From Callorhinchus milii (Eukaryota), in NCBI RefSeq assembly GCF_018977255.1, contig NW_024704742.1, forward strand, positions 49,850,001-49,914,000: a DNA stretch of 64,000 nt, in the 5' to 3' direction. The stretch's first letter is position 1, and each line of letters opens with the position of its first letter. The position numbers and the translations under genes are program-made. The notes below the pieces were generated by a model. That model was not told the origin of the DNA and did no database searches. It saw nothing but the letters and a program-made list of their open reading frames with translations. This document shows, one piece after another, positions 36,736 through 48,850 of the stretch.

Positions 36736-39700
36736 GGATAAGGACTTTGCAGACTTATCTTGTGATAAGGCACTGTATCAAATGCAAGGATTATGCCCAT
36801 CCACATTTCTCAAACTAGTTTACCACATACCATTTGCGACTAAAGGGGTGACAATGTGATTTTTCATAATAGATTCAATAATTATTGACTGGTTTGGGAT
36901 CTAATCTCAAAACTAATGCGGATCCTATATTGATAACATGAATAATGCTAAATAAAACATTGTGATTGGAGAGTTTTCAATGTACTTTTCGGCCACATGA
37001 GATTTTTGTTTGTATGTTAAATACCTGTAATATAATCAAAATGTACTCATTTTTATACCTTTACAGGTTTTTGTATCAAAAATCTTGCCTCGATAAAAAT
37101 AGCACCTCTGCAAGACATGATTGCATTCCTATTCAAGCAAGCAGTAATTCTTGATAAACATTTTCCAAATCATTGTTAAACATAGTTATTTCTGTGAAGC
37201 GCTTTGAGATATCCTCCCGAAATAATAAGGCTCTTTACCAAATGCAAGAATTATTATTACTAGTATTGTCTCCAGCTATGTGCAATACAATTTTATATTT
37301 ATACTTGACAACACATTTCATTTTTGAAACCTGGTTCTGCAAGTCAAATTCAAACTTGTTTATGAACGAGCATCTCAACCAGGGGAGGGCAGCAGTGCTT
37401 CTCAGCTTGTCAAACTGCACTGTTAAGCTCTGAATATATATAGTAAGCAGATTGTGGTGATTTGTGCTTACGTTCAGATTCTGTTTTTACCTTTGTTTGG
37501 ACTGTAGAGAATTGCAAGAGTCCTTAAGACAAACATGGCTTAAAATAGCAAGCAGCAAACTGATGATCCAACAGGTGTCGTCACTTCCAACATTATTGGG
37601 TTCAAGCCCCACATCGCAACTTAGAACTCCCCTCAACATGAAGGGCGTTTTGCCAAATGTAAGGATTATTATTATCATAATGCTAATGTTATTTTGTAAA
37701 GAATAGCTTAATTGAAGAACTACTGCAATGATATTTAACTATAAAAGTGCTGATATGTGACAAAATGCAATGCCATTAAAAAGGATGTCAGTGTTGTTAA
37801 TTGACACGAGCTGGCATTATTAGTTGATTTATAAATTGATTGTAACAAGAATTAAAATGCTACATAATTTGTCCAGCACAGGAAGAATAGATTTGCTTGT
37901 ACTCACGAGAAATCAATGTTTATCTAATAATTTTGCAGTGTTGACACCTTGAAACAAGCAGTGTTAGCATGGATACAGCTCCTGACACATCCATGGACTA
38001 CCGGTATATTTTGAAGTAGACCACAAGTCTGAAGCAAGCACCTCTACTAACTGAAATACTGGACTTGAAAGAGCGCTCATTGGGAAAATGACAGGGCAAA
38101 TGATATTTGGTATCAGAAAAAGTGCCTCAGGTTGTATCATCCATCTTCGGCAGGGGACCCTATGTACATCACACCGACTCGCACAAATGTCTTGGACTGT
38201 TAGGCTGGTATATCATGCATCCAGTCAGCCGGGAATAAAACAAATAGTGACTCAGGCAAGGGAGATCTAAAAGATTCTGCTAGGCGGAATTCTCAAAAAA
38301 ATTTAATTTTACACAGCCACAGCTCACAAGTTTTGCACAAGGCCTATAACACTGTCATTATTCAGAAGTTAGTAGATGCAGAGCAGGGTGAGGCTACATC
38401 AATCCTCATCTTGTTTTTTATTTAAGGAATGTGACAGTGTTGACCACAATATAAGACAGAGATGGGTGCTTCTTTTGAACCTGTATGGGCTCAAAATTCC
38501 ACCTCGTCTTAGCTTGCAAACTAATTTTGTGTTAAAATTTAAACAAACAGAGAATTACAGAAAATTCTTCAATTCAGTCTGAAATTACATGTTGGTTTAA
38601 TAATAGTAATACTTATTGCATTTGATATAGTGCCTTATCATGCCAGAAGGACATCTGAAAGCGCTTCACTGGATTTACTGTGAAGTGGAGTGACTGTATA
38701 TTGGTAGGCAAACAGGGTTTTCCATAGTTGTTTTTCAAAAAAGAGAAATAGCTTTCAGATTAAAACTGAATTTACCTATTTTCCACAATTCTATACAATT
38801 TTTAATTTTAAGACAAAATGCTTTTAAGGCAAAGACTAAGTGATATTTTTGACCCAAGCTGCCTTAAGGGTTAAATTGGATAAATTAATTATCAGCGCAT
38901 TGTGCAGTGCTTGGAACGACCATGACTGTGTTACTAAATCATTGTAGCAGGACATGCCATTTTCTGAGCTGTTCATTCTTCAAAGCTTGTGGGCAATCTG
39001 TTAGTGAAATAAATGTTAGGAAAATAAGCTCTGTTGTCTGACATGCACATAGATGAGAGATGGAGCAGAGCTGTCAGAAACAAAATCACTCAGCTATGTA
39101 TGTGTTGTGCAATCAAGATTACAGATGTACTGAGTTTCATGAATTTATTCTGTGAATAAACACAATATAGTAGGAAGTAAAAGATGCAAAATAACTACTC
39201 ACACGATTTATACAACTAGTTTTAATCATTCCAATTGTTCTATCCTCTTATTGTTCCAACTGATATCAATGAAGAAGCAACAGCTGGATGAATTTACAGT
39301 TTAATTTTTCAAAATGGATATGAACAAAATAAAATGGATAGTCTAAAATGTGGTTGTGTTTGAAGCTCAACTCTTTTCCTGGAAAAAAGCAATAACTGAG
39401 TCCTTGCTATGAGCTGTTTTGTCACAGTGACAGTACAATTGATTTCAGTGGAACCTCCTTCACTGGTTTCCATGAATATAAATCACTCAGATTGGAAGAA
39501 AGAAACAGCTCAGTAAGTGTCAACAAAGTGCTTGCTTAACTGTAGAAAGTTAAAAAAAATAAAACAACCTCAGTTTAACAAATAATGGTAAACTCTGCAT
39601 TTGAGTCTTTGAATGGAAGAAGCAAGTTCCAGGTGATGGAATGGTTTGGGGCAGAGACAGCAGTGTGAATTCCATCACTAATATTGGATGATAATCAGAA

Positions 39701-39959
39701 TTTTGAGGTGCAGTCACAACAGTTGTTCTTTGACAACAATGTACAAGGTTGGTTTAAATACTATAGCCCTTTGTGGTGCTGCTTTATTCAGGATCTTGTG
39801 GCAGAAGGACAGCCTGAGCACTGAATATTGGACCACAGGACATTTCAGGAAGAGAAAAGGGGCTGTTTGGCTTATTTGTATTTTTATCACAGTGCAGAAC
39901 AGTTACATTGGATCTCACCCTTCCAAAATTTCCACCCACAGTGCCGTCTTCCCATTGGT

Positions 39960-41430
39960 AGTATCGAGCTGTTTTTTTTAACATGAGTCAGCATTCAGAC
40001 CATCTATCACTCTCTCTGGCAATCCTTTCCAGTCATTAATTACCCTCTGTGTAAAGAAATGCTTGCTGATCTCTATCCTGAAATTGCCTTTCACAACCCT
40101 GAACAAGTGCCTGCTTGTTCTACTGTCTTGGCAGAACATAATGTATTGCTCTGGGTTTACTTTCTCAATTCCATTTAGAATCTTATATACCTCTATAACT
40201 TTCTCCCTGAGACCTGCCTTCTGAAAGTTGAAGAGCTCTAGCTTATATAATAAAATAATAATAATCCTTCCATTGGATATGGGGCCTTATCGTGTCTTCG
40301 AGATGTCTGAGAGCAGATTGCAGAATATACTGTAAAGTGAATTGATTGTATATTTTGTGGACAAAACAGGGCAGCCAATTGCACACAGCAGTGTCCCACA
40401 AACAGTCATGGATTGAAGTGACCAATTTATTATTTTTTTGAAGGAATTATTATCCCCGGAAAAGCGATCTGCCAATCGACTAACAGCTGGGTTTCTACTT
40501 ACTCCTCGGTAAACAGAGGCTTGTAGAATAAGAAAACTTGCCCAACATTTCGCCCTGCAGGGATCGAACCCAGGTCTCCCGCTTGGGGGAGTTAAAGTGC
40601 TCTAACCACTGAGCTACATGACTCCACTTCTAGTCATTGCTCACAACTTATATCTCTAACACTGGAGGACATCATTGTTGTTGACCTCTGGACATTTCCT
40701 TTATGATGCAGCAACCAGAACTGTATCCAGTACACAGATGGCACCTATCCAGAGCACCATACACCTTGAGCGTGACTTCTGATGATGTAAACTCAATTGG
40801 TATAGAAATAGAGCCCAGGATTCTGTTTGCCTTGTTTATTGATATCTCACACAGTTTTGACATGAGTGAAAAATTAAATGACTCTTCCAATTATCCCCTT
40901 GGAAAGCTCTTTCCCATCTGAAAAGTATACATTGTTCATATGTCTAATTTTAGTATTCAGTTATTTGCACTTATCTGTATTGAACTTGTTTTGGCAGTGA
41001 TCTGTCCAGGTGAATACCCTATCAAGTTCTCTTTGGAAGACCTTTTCTGCCTCCTCTGATTCTTCAGTTCCCCCTAACTGGGTGCCATTTAAAAATGTAA
41101 CTACTGTGCACTGAGCTGAATATCCAAATCACTAATGTATACAAGGAACTGGAGGGGCTGCAACACAGACCCTTGAGGCACCCCACTTAATACATCACCT
41201 AATTTTGACCTTTCTCCGCTTTATCCTCTTCTTTCTTCCTTTTACCCAGTTACTAATCCATGTCCATTTTCTATCCTTGTAAGAGAGTCTTGCATGATAT
41301 TTTATCAAAGGCTTTTTGGAAGTCTAGGTACATTTCATTATATGGTTTCCCACAGTCAAACTGGGATGTCACCCCCTCAAAAGATTTTATGGGGTTGGTC
41401 AGGAAAGATCTATCACTTCTCAAGCTGTGC
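39960..41430 (-). mobile_element. degenerate CR1 LINE ORF2 3' portion, interrupted by a SINE
   Basis: Minus strand gives INKANRILGSI...VTLKVYGAL, and the plus-strand stretch gatattttatcaaaggctttttggaagtctaggtac reads YLDFQKAFDK on the minus strand. Confidence 0.85.
40245..40627 (-). mobile_element. full-length tRNA-SINE inserted in CR1
   Basis: Head ...ctctaaccactgagctacatgactccac; tctag on both flanks. Confidence 0.9.
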
Positions 41431-42019
41431 TGGAGTTATACAACCATAGAAATGCAGCGCAGAAGGAGGCCATTCAGGCCATTACACCCAAGATGTTGCC
41501 AGCTCTCTATTAGACCAAACTACACTAATCCCAACATCCTCCATCAGTCTAAGGGTTAAAACAGAAAACAGAAAAATTATTATTCTTCCACTTCAAATGT
41601 TATCCAGTTCTATTTTAAATATTATTGTTCCAGCCTTTAGAGTCACTGTTGACAAAGCATTTCATGTTCCAACAAGTCTCTACATGAAAATGTTTCTTCT
41701 AACTCCACTCTTCCTGAGCTTATGACCTCTATCTATCTTCTTTTAAAATCTGCAAGTTGAAGACCCCAAATAGATCTCCTCTTGAGATTCTCTGTTCAAG
41801 TGGAAACAGACTCATTTTTTGAGCCATATAATTTTGGACATAGCTTCTTATATACTGTACATTATGACAAGTAGAACTAGGCTTACTTGAGGGTTTCCAA
41901 TTTTATGTTCAGTGCAGTTTGGCCATGATTAGAAATCCAAAGAGCTGAAGGAAAAGATCTGAATTGCTATAGCCCCTCATCAAACTGAAATACTCCTCTT
42001 ACCTTACAATTATTACTGT

Positions 42020-42350
42020 CACAAGTAAAGACATTTTTCTAGACAAATATGGCAGCAATTTGTGCCAGCATGGCCCCACAAACAGCAATGAGAATGCTTA
42101 ATGGATTGTTGGTCAAAGTACCAGGAGAAACTCCCTTTTTCTATTAATGTCATGGGATCGCTAACATCCACCTGAAATCGGGCAGATGGCACCTTGTTTA
42201 AAAGTCTCATCTGAAAGACAATATCTTTGACAATGCAGGACTCCCACAATACTGTATTGAGTGTTAGCCCAGACTATGAGCTCAAATTCAAACACAGGTC
42301 TTGACTCTTTAAACATTTGATCCAGAGGTGAGAATGTCACCAAACAAGCC
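42020..42350 (-). mobile_element. Deu-domain SINE
   Basis: catgggatcgctaacatccacctgaa...tctcatctgaaagaca...gagtgttagcccagact. Confidence 0.75.
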
Positions 42351-42802
42351 AAACTAACAGTCGACACAATAGCTTGCATTTATTTAGCACCTTACAAATA
42401 AAGATACTCATCTAAAATAATTTACAAAATCTAATTGATCAAAAATGAAGTGAATTTCATTACCGATGCGCCAGGCTGACACAATGAATGTTGAGATGAA
42501 CTTCTGGAAATAAATAATAATGCAAATGTGTTGCCAAATATGGCAGCTAATCTGTGTCAGCAACTTCCCACAAACAAGGTCAAAAGAGTTAACCTGTAGA
42601 GTTGGATAGCCAATGTCACACACAACTTTATTATTATTGACCCAGACTTCTCAGGATTGATAATAATACGGTACACTTGTTGGAATATGATAACACGTAG
42701 AATGTTTTAAGACAGGAATGCATGAAAATTATAATCATTAAAGTTACTAACCTTGTTCATAGGAGTCAAAATGGCAGGAACAACCATTTTGTACTCAATC
42801 TA

Positions 42803-43192
42803 AAAACAAAATTACATTTATAGGGCACCTTTCACATTGGGAGGACGTCCCAAAGTGCTGAACAGTCAGGTGTCGGGGCCCGAGCATGGGGTGGGGTGGT
42901 TTAGGGGTGAGGAAAGGCAGAGAGGTGGGAGGGCGACCAAAGGCACGATCAAAGAGATGGGTCTTGAGACCGGCCTTGAAGGAGGCAAGGGAGGAAGCGA
43001 GGTGAAGGGACTGTGGGATGGAGTTCCAGAGTGTGGGGGTAGAGAGGCTGAAAGCCCGGCCACTGATGGTAGGGCGGGTCGGGCAGGAGACATGGAGCAG
43101 GCCAGAACCTGCTGAACGGAGGGAGCGGGCAGATTGGTAGGGAGTCAGCAGGTCAGAGAGGTAGGAGGGGGCAAAGCCATGGATGGCCTTAA
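42803..43192 (-). mobile_element. 5'-truncated L2 3' end
   Basis: aaacaaaattacatttatagggcacctttcacattgggaggacgtccc tail plus ORF2 end. Confidence 0.92.
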
Positions 43193-43260
43193 AAGCTGTT
43201 TTGTTTCAAGAAGAAATGGTCAGCGGAATGTTGGAGTAAGATAGCAAGAAGAGAGTAGGC

Positions 43261-43820
43261 TGTCACGAGCTCATAACACCAAGGTAGTCATACATTCCTT
43301 TAACAAAACTAAGAAATAAACCTCTCCTCCTGTAAACATCTTCCAATCCTACTAATTGTTTTCCCCAGTCGGAGACAGGCACTAGCCTTGGGAGGAAGAG
43401 AGCTGCCAGGCGCTGAGGATTAATACGCAAGATGCTCTGTATCAGAAGCCCCGGTTATCTTTGAAAAGGTGAAGTGTGGCGCCAGTCATACAGCACAAAC
43501 ATGGTAAGATCACGATTGGTCGAATGAGCAACACGTGCAAAGTCTGAGTACGTGGCAGGTCTCTGATTGGGGGAATTAAGGGGAAGACCCCTTAGGCCGT
43601 ATGGTATAACTAACCCAGCATTAAGCAAGCTTGCCAGCAGATCCAGCCAAGTGAAGACGTGCAGGGGCCGATACCGCTGACTGCACCAACACCGGTAGTA
43701 TAAGTTTGTTACTTTTTAATCTATCTGTTTTGTGTGTATTATCCTGATCAATAAATCTCGATTACACCTTTATTGGGTTGTCGGGTCATTATTCGAACCT
43801 GGGGATCGGAAATCCCAACA
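43261..43820 (+). mobile_element. 560-bp LTR (TGT...ACA)
   Basis: Starts tgtcac, ends cccaaca; reverse CCAAT boxes (43515, 43566), TATA-like tataac at 43605, AATAAA at 43750; PBS 3 nt downstream; 3' part repeated at 43995-44169. Confidence 0.88.
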
Positions 43821-43823
43821 AAT

Positions 43824-43841
43824 TGGCGACCACGAAGGGAC
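43824..43841 (+). promoter_or_regulatory. primer-binding site complementary to tRNA-Arg
   Basis: tggcgaccacgaagggac is the complement of the 3' end of vertebrate tRNA-Arg(TCG), ...GTCCCTTCGTGGTCG-CCA, recalled from memory. Confidence 0.85.
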
Positions 43842-43882
43842 TGACAAGTGATCGAGATTATTGCAATCAGTGATAAGGGGTA

Positions 43883-43990
43883 ATGGACAAAGTAAAGGAA
43901 AAACGCCTGAAAGAAGAGTTCAGAAAATGGGTACAAGAATATAAAGAGGAATTGCGTAACGAGACCGGCCAGGGGGCTGACAATTTAAAT
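43883..43990 (+). pseudogene. gag: probable gag N-terminus, truncated
   Basis: ATG about 40 nt after the PBS; MDKVKEKRLKEEFRKWVQEYKEELRNETGQGADNL, then runs into the second LTR; call is positional only. Confidence 0.5.
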
Positions 43991-43994
43991 AAGA

Positions 43995-44169
43995 GATGTG
44001 CAGGGGCTATAACTGCTGACTGTTCCAAAATCGGTAGCATATATTTTATTACATTGTATAAGCATTAATCTATCTGTTTTGCATGTATTATCCTGAACAA
44101 TAAATCTCTATTACAGCTTAATTGGATTGTTGGGTCATTATTCGGACCTTGGGATTGGAAATCCCAATA
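43995..44169 (+). mobile_element. partial second LTR (3' part), more diverged
   Basis: Aligns with 43656-43820 (taatctatctgttttg...ggaaatcccaa). Confidence 0.88.
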
Positions 44170-46679
44170 CACTATTTATCTTCCCAATGTCCAATTCTGC
44201 ACTTTACTGCCTGGATTGATTCAATCTTCATTTTTCTTTCAGATGGAGCCAGCTAACTATTCTGCAGAGAATATGGTCATCAGCAAAGTCAACACTGCAG
44301 CTTTTAATTCACAGAATTATTTAAAGAAGTGAGAAGTGAGATGAAGCCACACACACTTTATTGAGAGATCCCAGCATAAATTTTACGATAAAATGCATCC
44401 ATTTGGACTGATGCATGCATCCTTTCAATTTTGTCAAGAGTTCAGCAAATATGTGAACAGAAGCCAGAGCCTGGGGAAAGCAAGATAAAAGAGTAACTTA
44501 TTTACACTTGATGTTAACTTTTAGAATAGGTTGCCACCTAATTCAATAAAAACTGACTCACATAAAACATTTAAATCGGAAATCAACAGATCCCTGATTC
44601 AATAGCGAATTATATATTATGATTGGGTGCACTAGCTAGCTAGCAAATATAAAATGACAATTGTAGCTCTTCAATAGGACTGAAATGCAGGATTAGCAGG
44701 GTGAGATGAGTTGCCTTCAACTGTCCCACAGTTTTATCTTCTCTGCATTGCAGCGACTTTTCTTGTTTACTGTATAAAACTGCTCAATTAGTCGGTTCAT
44801 TCTCAAGTCCCAATTCAGTCAAGTTTATACTATCGGTGCTTATTTCACAAAGGAAAAGTTGTCAATTTGCTGTTTTGTACCTCAGTGTTCTTGTCTTTTT
44901 CCCCATTTGTCACTGTCTAGTTCCTTGCTTATTCTGCTATTCAGCACAGAATGTTCTACTCTAGTTTGTCCATAGAACATTCCTCATTAGGAAATTACAA
45001 GAAGAAAGTCAAATATTTCCTAAATGGAATAATTCCTACATTGAATGAAAATGCTTGGAAGCTATTTAATTACATTTATTGACAGCTTTCTGTATTAACT
45101 CCTTCAATTATAGGAAGGCTCTTTCTAACTCATTATTCACCTCTTCCATCACAGTCTGTTTGCTGTGTTTCAAACCAACAATCTTGATACCTTATTAGCA
45201 ACTTGAAGAAAGGTTCCACCAGAAAACTTGGTGTTTGTGCCAACAAAATCTTACATTAGTTTGATCCGGTCAAGTATAATATGAATAGAAGCTTTCTCCA
45301 CTCAATTGTATTTCAGGCTTAACATTCCATCTACCATTAATTTGACTTGAATAGAAGACTTTAAATTTAATTCAGATTTAATTTGTTTCATTATCCAAAG
45401 GTGTTTGTTTTTCAACCATGTCCAAGACTCAAAATAAAAGCTTTGCTATTAAGCATGATAGTATCAAAGGATCAATTAACTTTCACTAGAAAAAGCAATG
45501 TACTGTACCAACAACCTTTACCATTTCCTACTATCAACACAACAACAACTTGCATTTATATAGCACCCTTCACGCAGGGTAGGGTCCTGGAACACTGCAC
45601 CTAAGGGAGTCTAGTAGGTAGGATGTTTCTAATATTAATTGTCACTCTAATAAGTCCTTTTTTGTGAGCAGTAAATTATTTTAATCATATTTTACACACC
45701 CAGCTAATTGATGGACAAAGGGACAGTCATGTTTTTATGAGAATTTTTCGTCAGAAAGCTTTGGATTCTGAATTGATTGAGGGGCTCAAGAGTAAGAGAC
45801 ACACAACTAGACAGAACAGAGCAGAAACAAACGACAATGAGACAGACAGACAGCTGGTCAAACAGGGCAAGTCATACAGACAAGCCTGACAGAAAGATGT
45901 GTGGTAACTGAGCACAGGCTTTCAATCGCTCTAACTTTTTTTTAGCTTTAATTAGGAGGTATCAGAAATGTTACGGTGGCAGCCAAGTATTCAATGAAGT
46001 TGATTTTTGTTTCTTCAACAAAACTTATTCCTATCAATGTGAAGCAGAATTCAACAAGTGTTGGATTAGGATATGGAGAAAAGATGGGAAAATATAATTA
46101 AAAAGGTTGTATAGGCTTAATTTACCAGCCAAATGGTCCACTTTTCCTATGTTAACTGCCCTTGGAATGTAGCCTAGCATATGATTATGTACGTTGATAA
46201 CAGTTTTCCACTGACCCGAAACTCTCTGTGGAATAATTACATCAATAATTACACCAAAGTACGCCCAAATCCTGTCATTTGTTCATTGGTTGAAAAAATT
46301 AGGTAAGAGGAATATAGAAAAAGTTGTCCAATGGGTTCAACAAGCTTCTTCCATAACCCTTTATATTCTTAAATCCTAAGTATATATTCGGTCTCTTAGA
46401 GACTTCAATTGACTGTTCAGCCCCTTATACTACATTCCTCTAACAACAACAACAACCAATTCCATTTGTATAGCGCCCTTCACGTAGGGTAGCATCCCAA
46501 ACCACTTATCTAATAGAGGGAAGAGTTATTCCTATTTACTTTGCAATATGTCAATTCATTTTTATTATTGACCTCTATTTTATCCCTTCTTAGTTAGCAA
46601 TATGCTCACATTTGGTAGCCTCTCATCATAAGTAAGCTCTAAGTCCTTTCATACACAAAACTATTTACTCTTCTAATGA

Positions 46680-47290
46680 ACGACGACAACAAAATTACAT
46701 TTATATAGTGCCTTTCACGTTGGGAGGACATCCCAAGGCGCTGGACAGACAGAGTTTCGGACCCGAGCTGAGGATCAGGGTGGGGGAGGGGGGACGGCAG
46801 GGGTGATGCAGGGAGATCGAAAACACGGTCGAAAAGGAGGGTCTTTAGGTGGGTCTTGAAGGTGACGAGGGAGGAGACGAGATGGAGGGACTTCGGGATG
46901 GAGTTCCAGATGGTGGGTGCAGAGTGGCAGAAGGTCCGCCCGCCGATAGTGGGGCGAACAAGGCGGGGGACATGAAGCAGGCCGGAGCCCGCTGCGCGGA
47001 GGGAGCGAACAGGATGGTTGGGGGTTAGGAGGTCGGAGAGGTAGGGGGGAGCAAGGCTATGGAGGGTTTTGAAGGTAAGTACCAGGATTTTGAACTGTAT
47101 CCTCTGTGTGATGGGAAGCCAGTGGAGTTGGGCAAGAATGGGGAGATAGGGTCACGGAGCCTAATGCGGGAAAGGACACGGGCTTCAGAGTTCTGGATGA
47201 TCTGAGTCTGTGGAGGGAGGAGTTGGGGAGGCCGACAAGCAGGGAGTTTGCATAGTGGAGCCTCAATGTAATGAAGGTGCGTATGAGGCC
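46680..47290 (-). mobile_element. 5'-truncated L2 3' end
   Basis: acaacaaaattacatttatatagtgcctttcacgttgggaggacatccc tail; RLHYANSLLVGLP. Confidence 0.93.
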
Positions 47291-48379
47291 CAATTCCCTG
47301 CTCGTACCCTGGTAACTTGTCACCCAACCTGCTTAAAATTGGGGTGCCCAGATTGCAGATGAAGTCTAACCAGAGTTCTATATGATGGCAGTATAATTTG
47401 GTTTTATTCTCTATGAGCCTTTTGAATTCTTTTCTGTACCAAAAATCATCCTTTAATTCAATGTACCTGAAGCCCTAAATTGCTTTGTTTATCTACCATT
47501 CTTATTTCCAAAGTGCACTAGCTCATATATTTACTCCATTACATTTCATCTGGTGGTGATTAGACTAATCAAGCTGAAAAAAAATCTTCTGTTGGCTTGA
47601 TCTACATGTTCATGAATCTCATAATTTTCTGTGTATTAACAACATCACTGGGACAAATTTTACTGGCAATTATTTGCGAAGCCAATGTTCGCCTTATTTT
47701 TATTTGAGACAGTTATCAGCAAATTTATTTCTCTAGATGAATGCAAATTGCTAATTACCCAAGTAAACTGCTCAGTAAAGTTTCCATCACTGCTAATTTG
47801 ATGTTTCCAGTTGTATCATTAAGCCTGACAATGCAGTTACTGTATTTCTCTTGTTCCTCTCTGTTATCAATCATTTCAAGAACTACTTAACTGAATGAGA
47901 ATGTTAGATTTTGTTTTGCTCTCTGCAAACATGTATTTGAAATTTTCAAGAGCAAATAAATGTCTGACACGAGGGGGTTGAAAATCACTCAAACAAGAAA
48001 TTCATAGGGCAAATGGTGAAAATGCTTTGGGAATTAAAGTGAGTGTCCTCTAGGGAACCCCGTGTATGCCATGTTGATCCACTTGAGCAGAGTTCTCATG
48101 AATCAGCTTGATTTAGATGGAGTCCTCACAGGAGAGGCACTTTATGTTCAAGGTGCTTTTCCTGGCAGAAGGTACTATTTATACTGAAGGTTTCCTTGTT
48201 TGAATATATTTCAATCCTGAGATTCTGTGAGGAAAAGGCTTTTGAAGAATGTTTGTAGCGCATATAAAAAGCAGCTTTCAGTATTTAGAAGGGGACATAT
48301 TAATTTCTTTCATGTAATAGAAAAGTAATGAAAAATACCAATTGTCTAATGATTTTTAGTCTATTATCAGTTAGAATTA

Positions 48380-48850
48380 AAATGCCCACAATTAAATTGA
48401 CTGTATTGTTCTAATCTTGTATAACTCACTCGCAAGGCTACACTTAAGAGTATCATATGCAGTTTTGGGTACTCTCTTAAAAAGGATATCAAAACTTTGG
48501 AGCAGGCTCAGAAAAGAGCAACAAGAATGCATTCATAACTTAAGTTTTCAGTATATGAGAAGAGACTGACAGAGCTGAAGATTGAGAAGAGACATGATCC
48601 TCATTTTTAATAAAGATGAGAGGCATACATAAATGATTAAGCGCTCTGGGACGCTACCCTGAGTGAGGGCACTATATATATGCAAATCGTTATTGATGTA
48701 GAGTTAGGCAAGTTTGGACTTAGAAAAGAAATGGAGGATGTTGCCTTAAAATGAGAACTATATATTAGAAAACGTCTTCCCCTTGCCTTCCCCTTCACCA
48801 AGTAGTTGACACATAGAACAGACTCCCAACTAAAGCAATTAGATTGGTGT
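48380..48850 (+). mobile_element. old CR1 ORF2 3' fragment with an L2-type tail piece at about 48640-48695
   Basis: cacttaagagtatcatatgcagttttgg...ggagcaggctcagaaaagagcaacaagaatg (LEQAQKRATRM). Confidence 0.7.
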
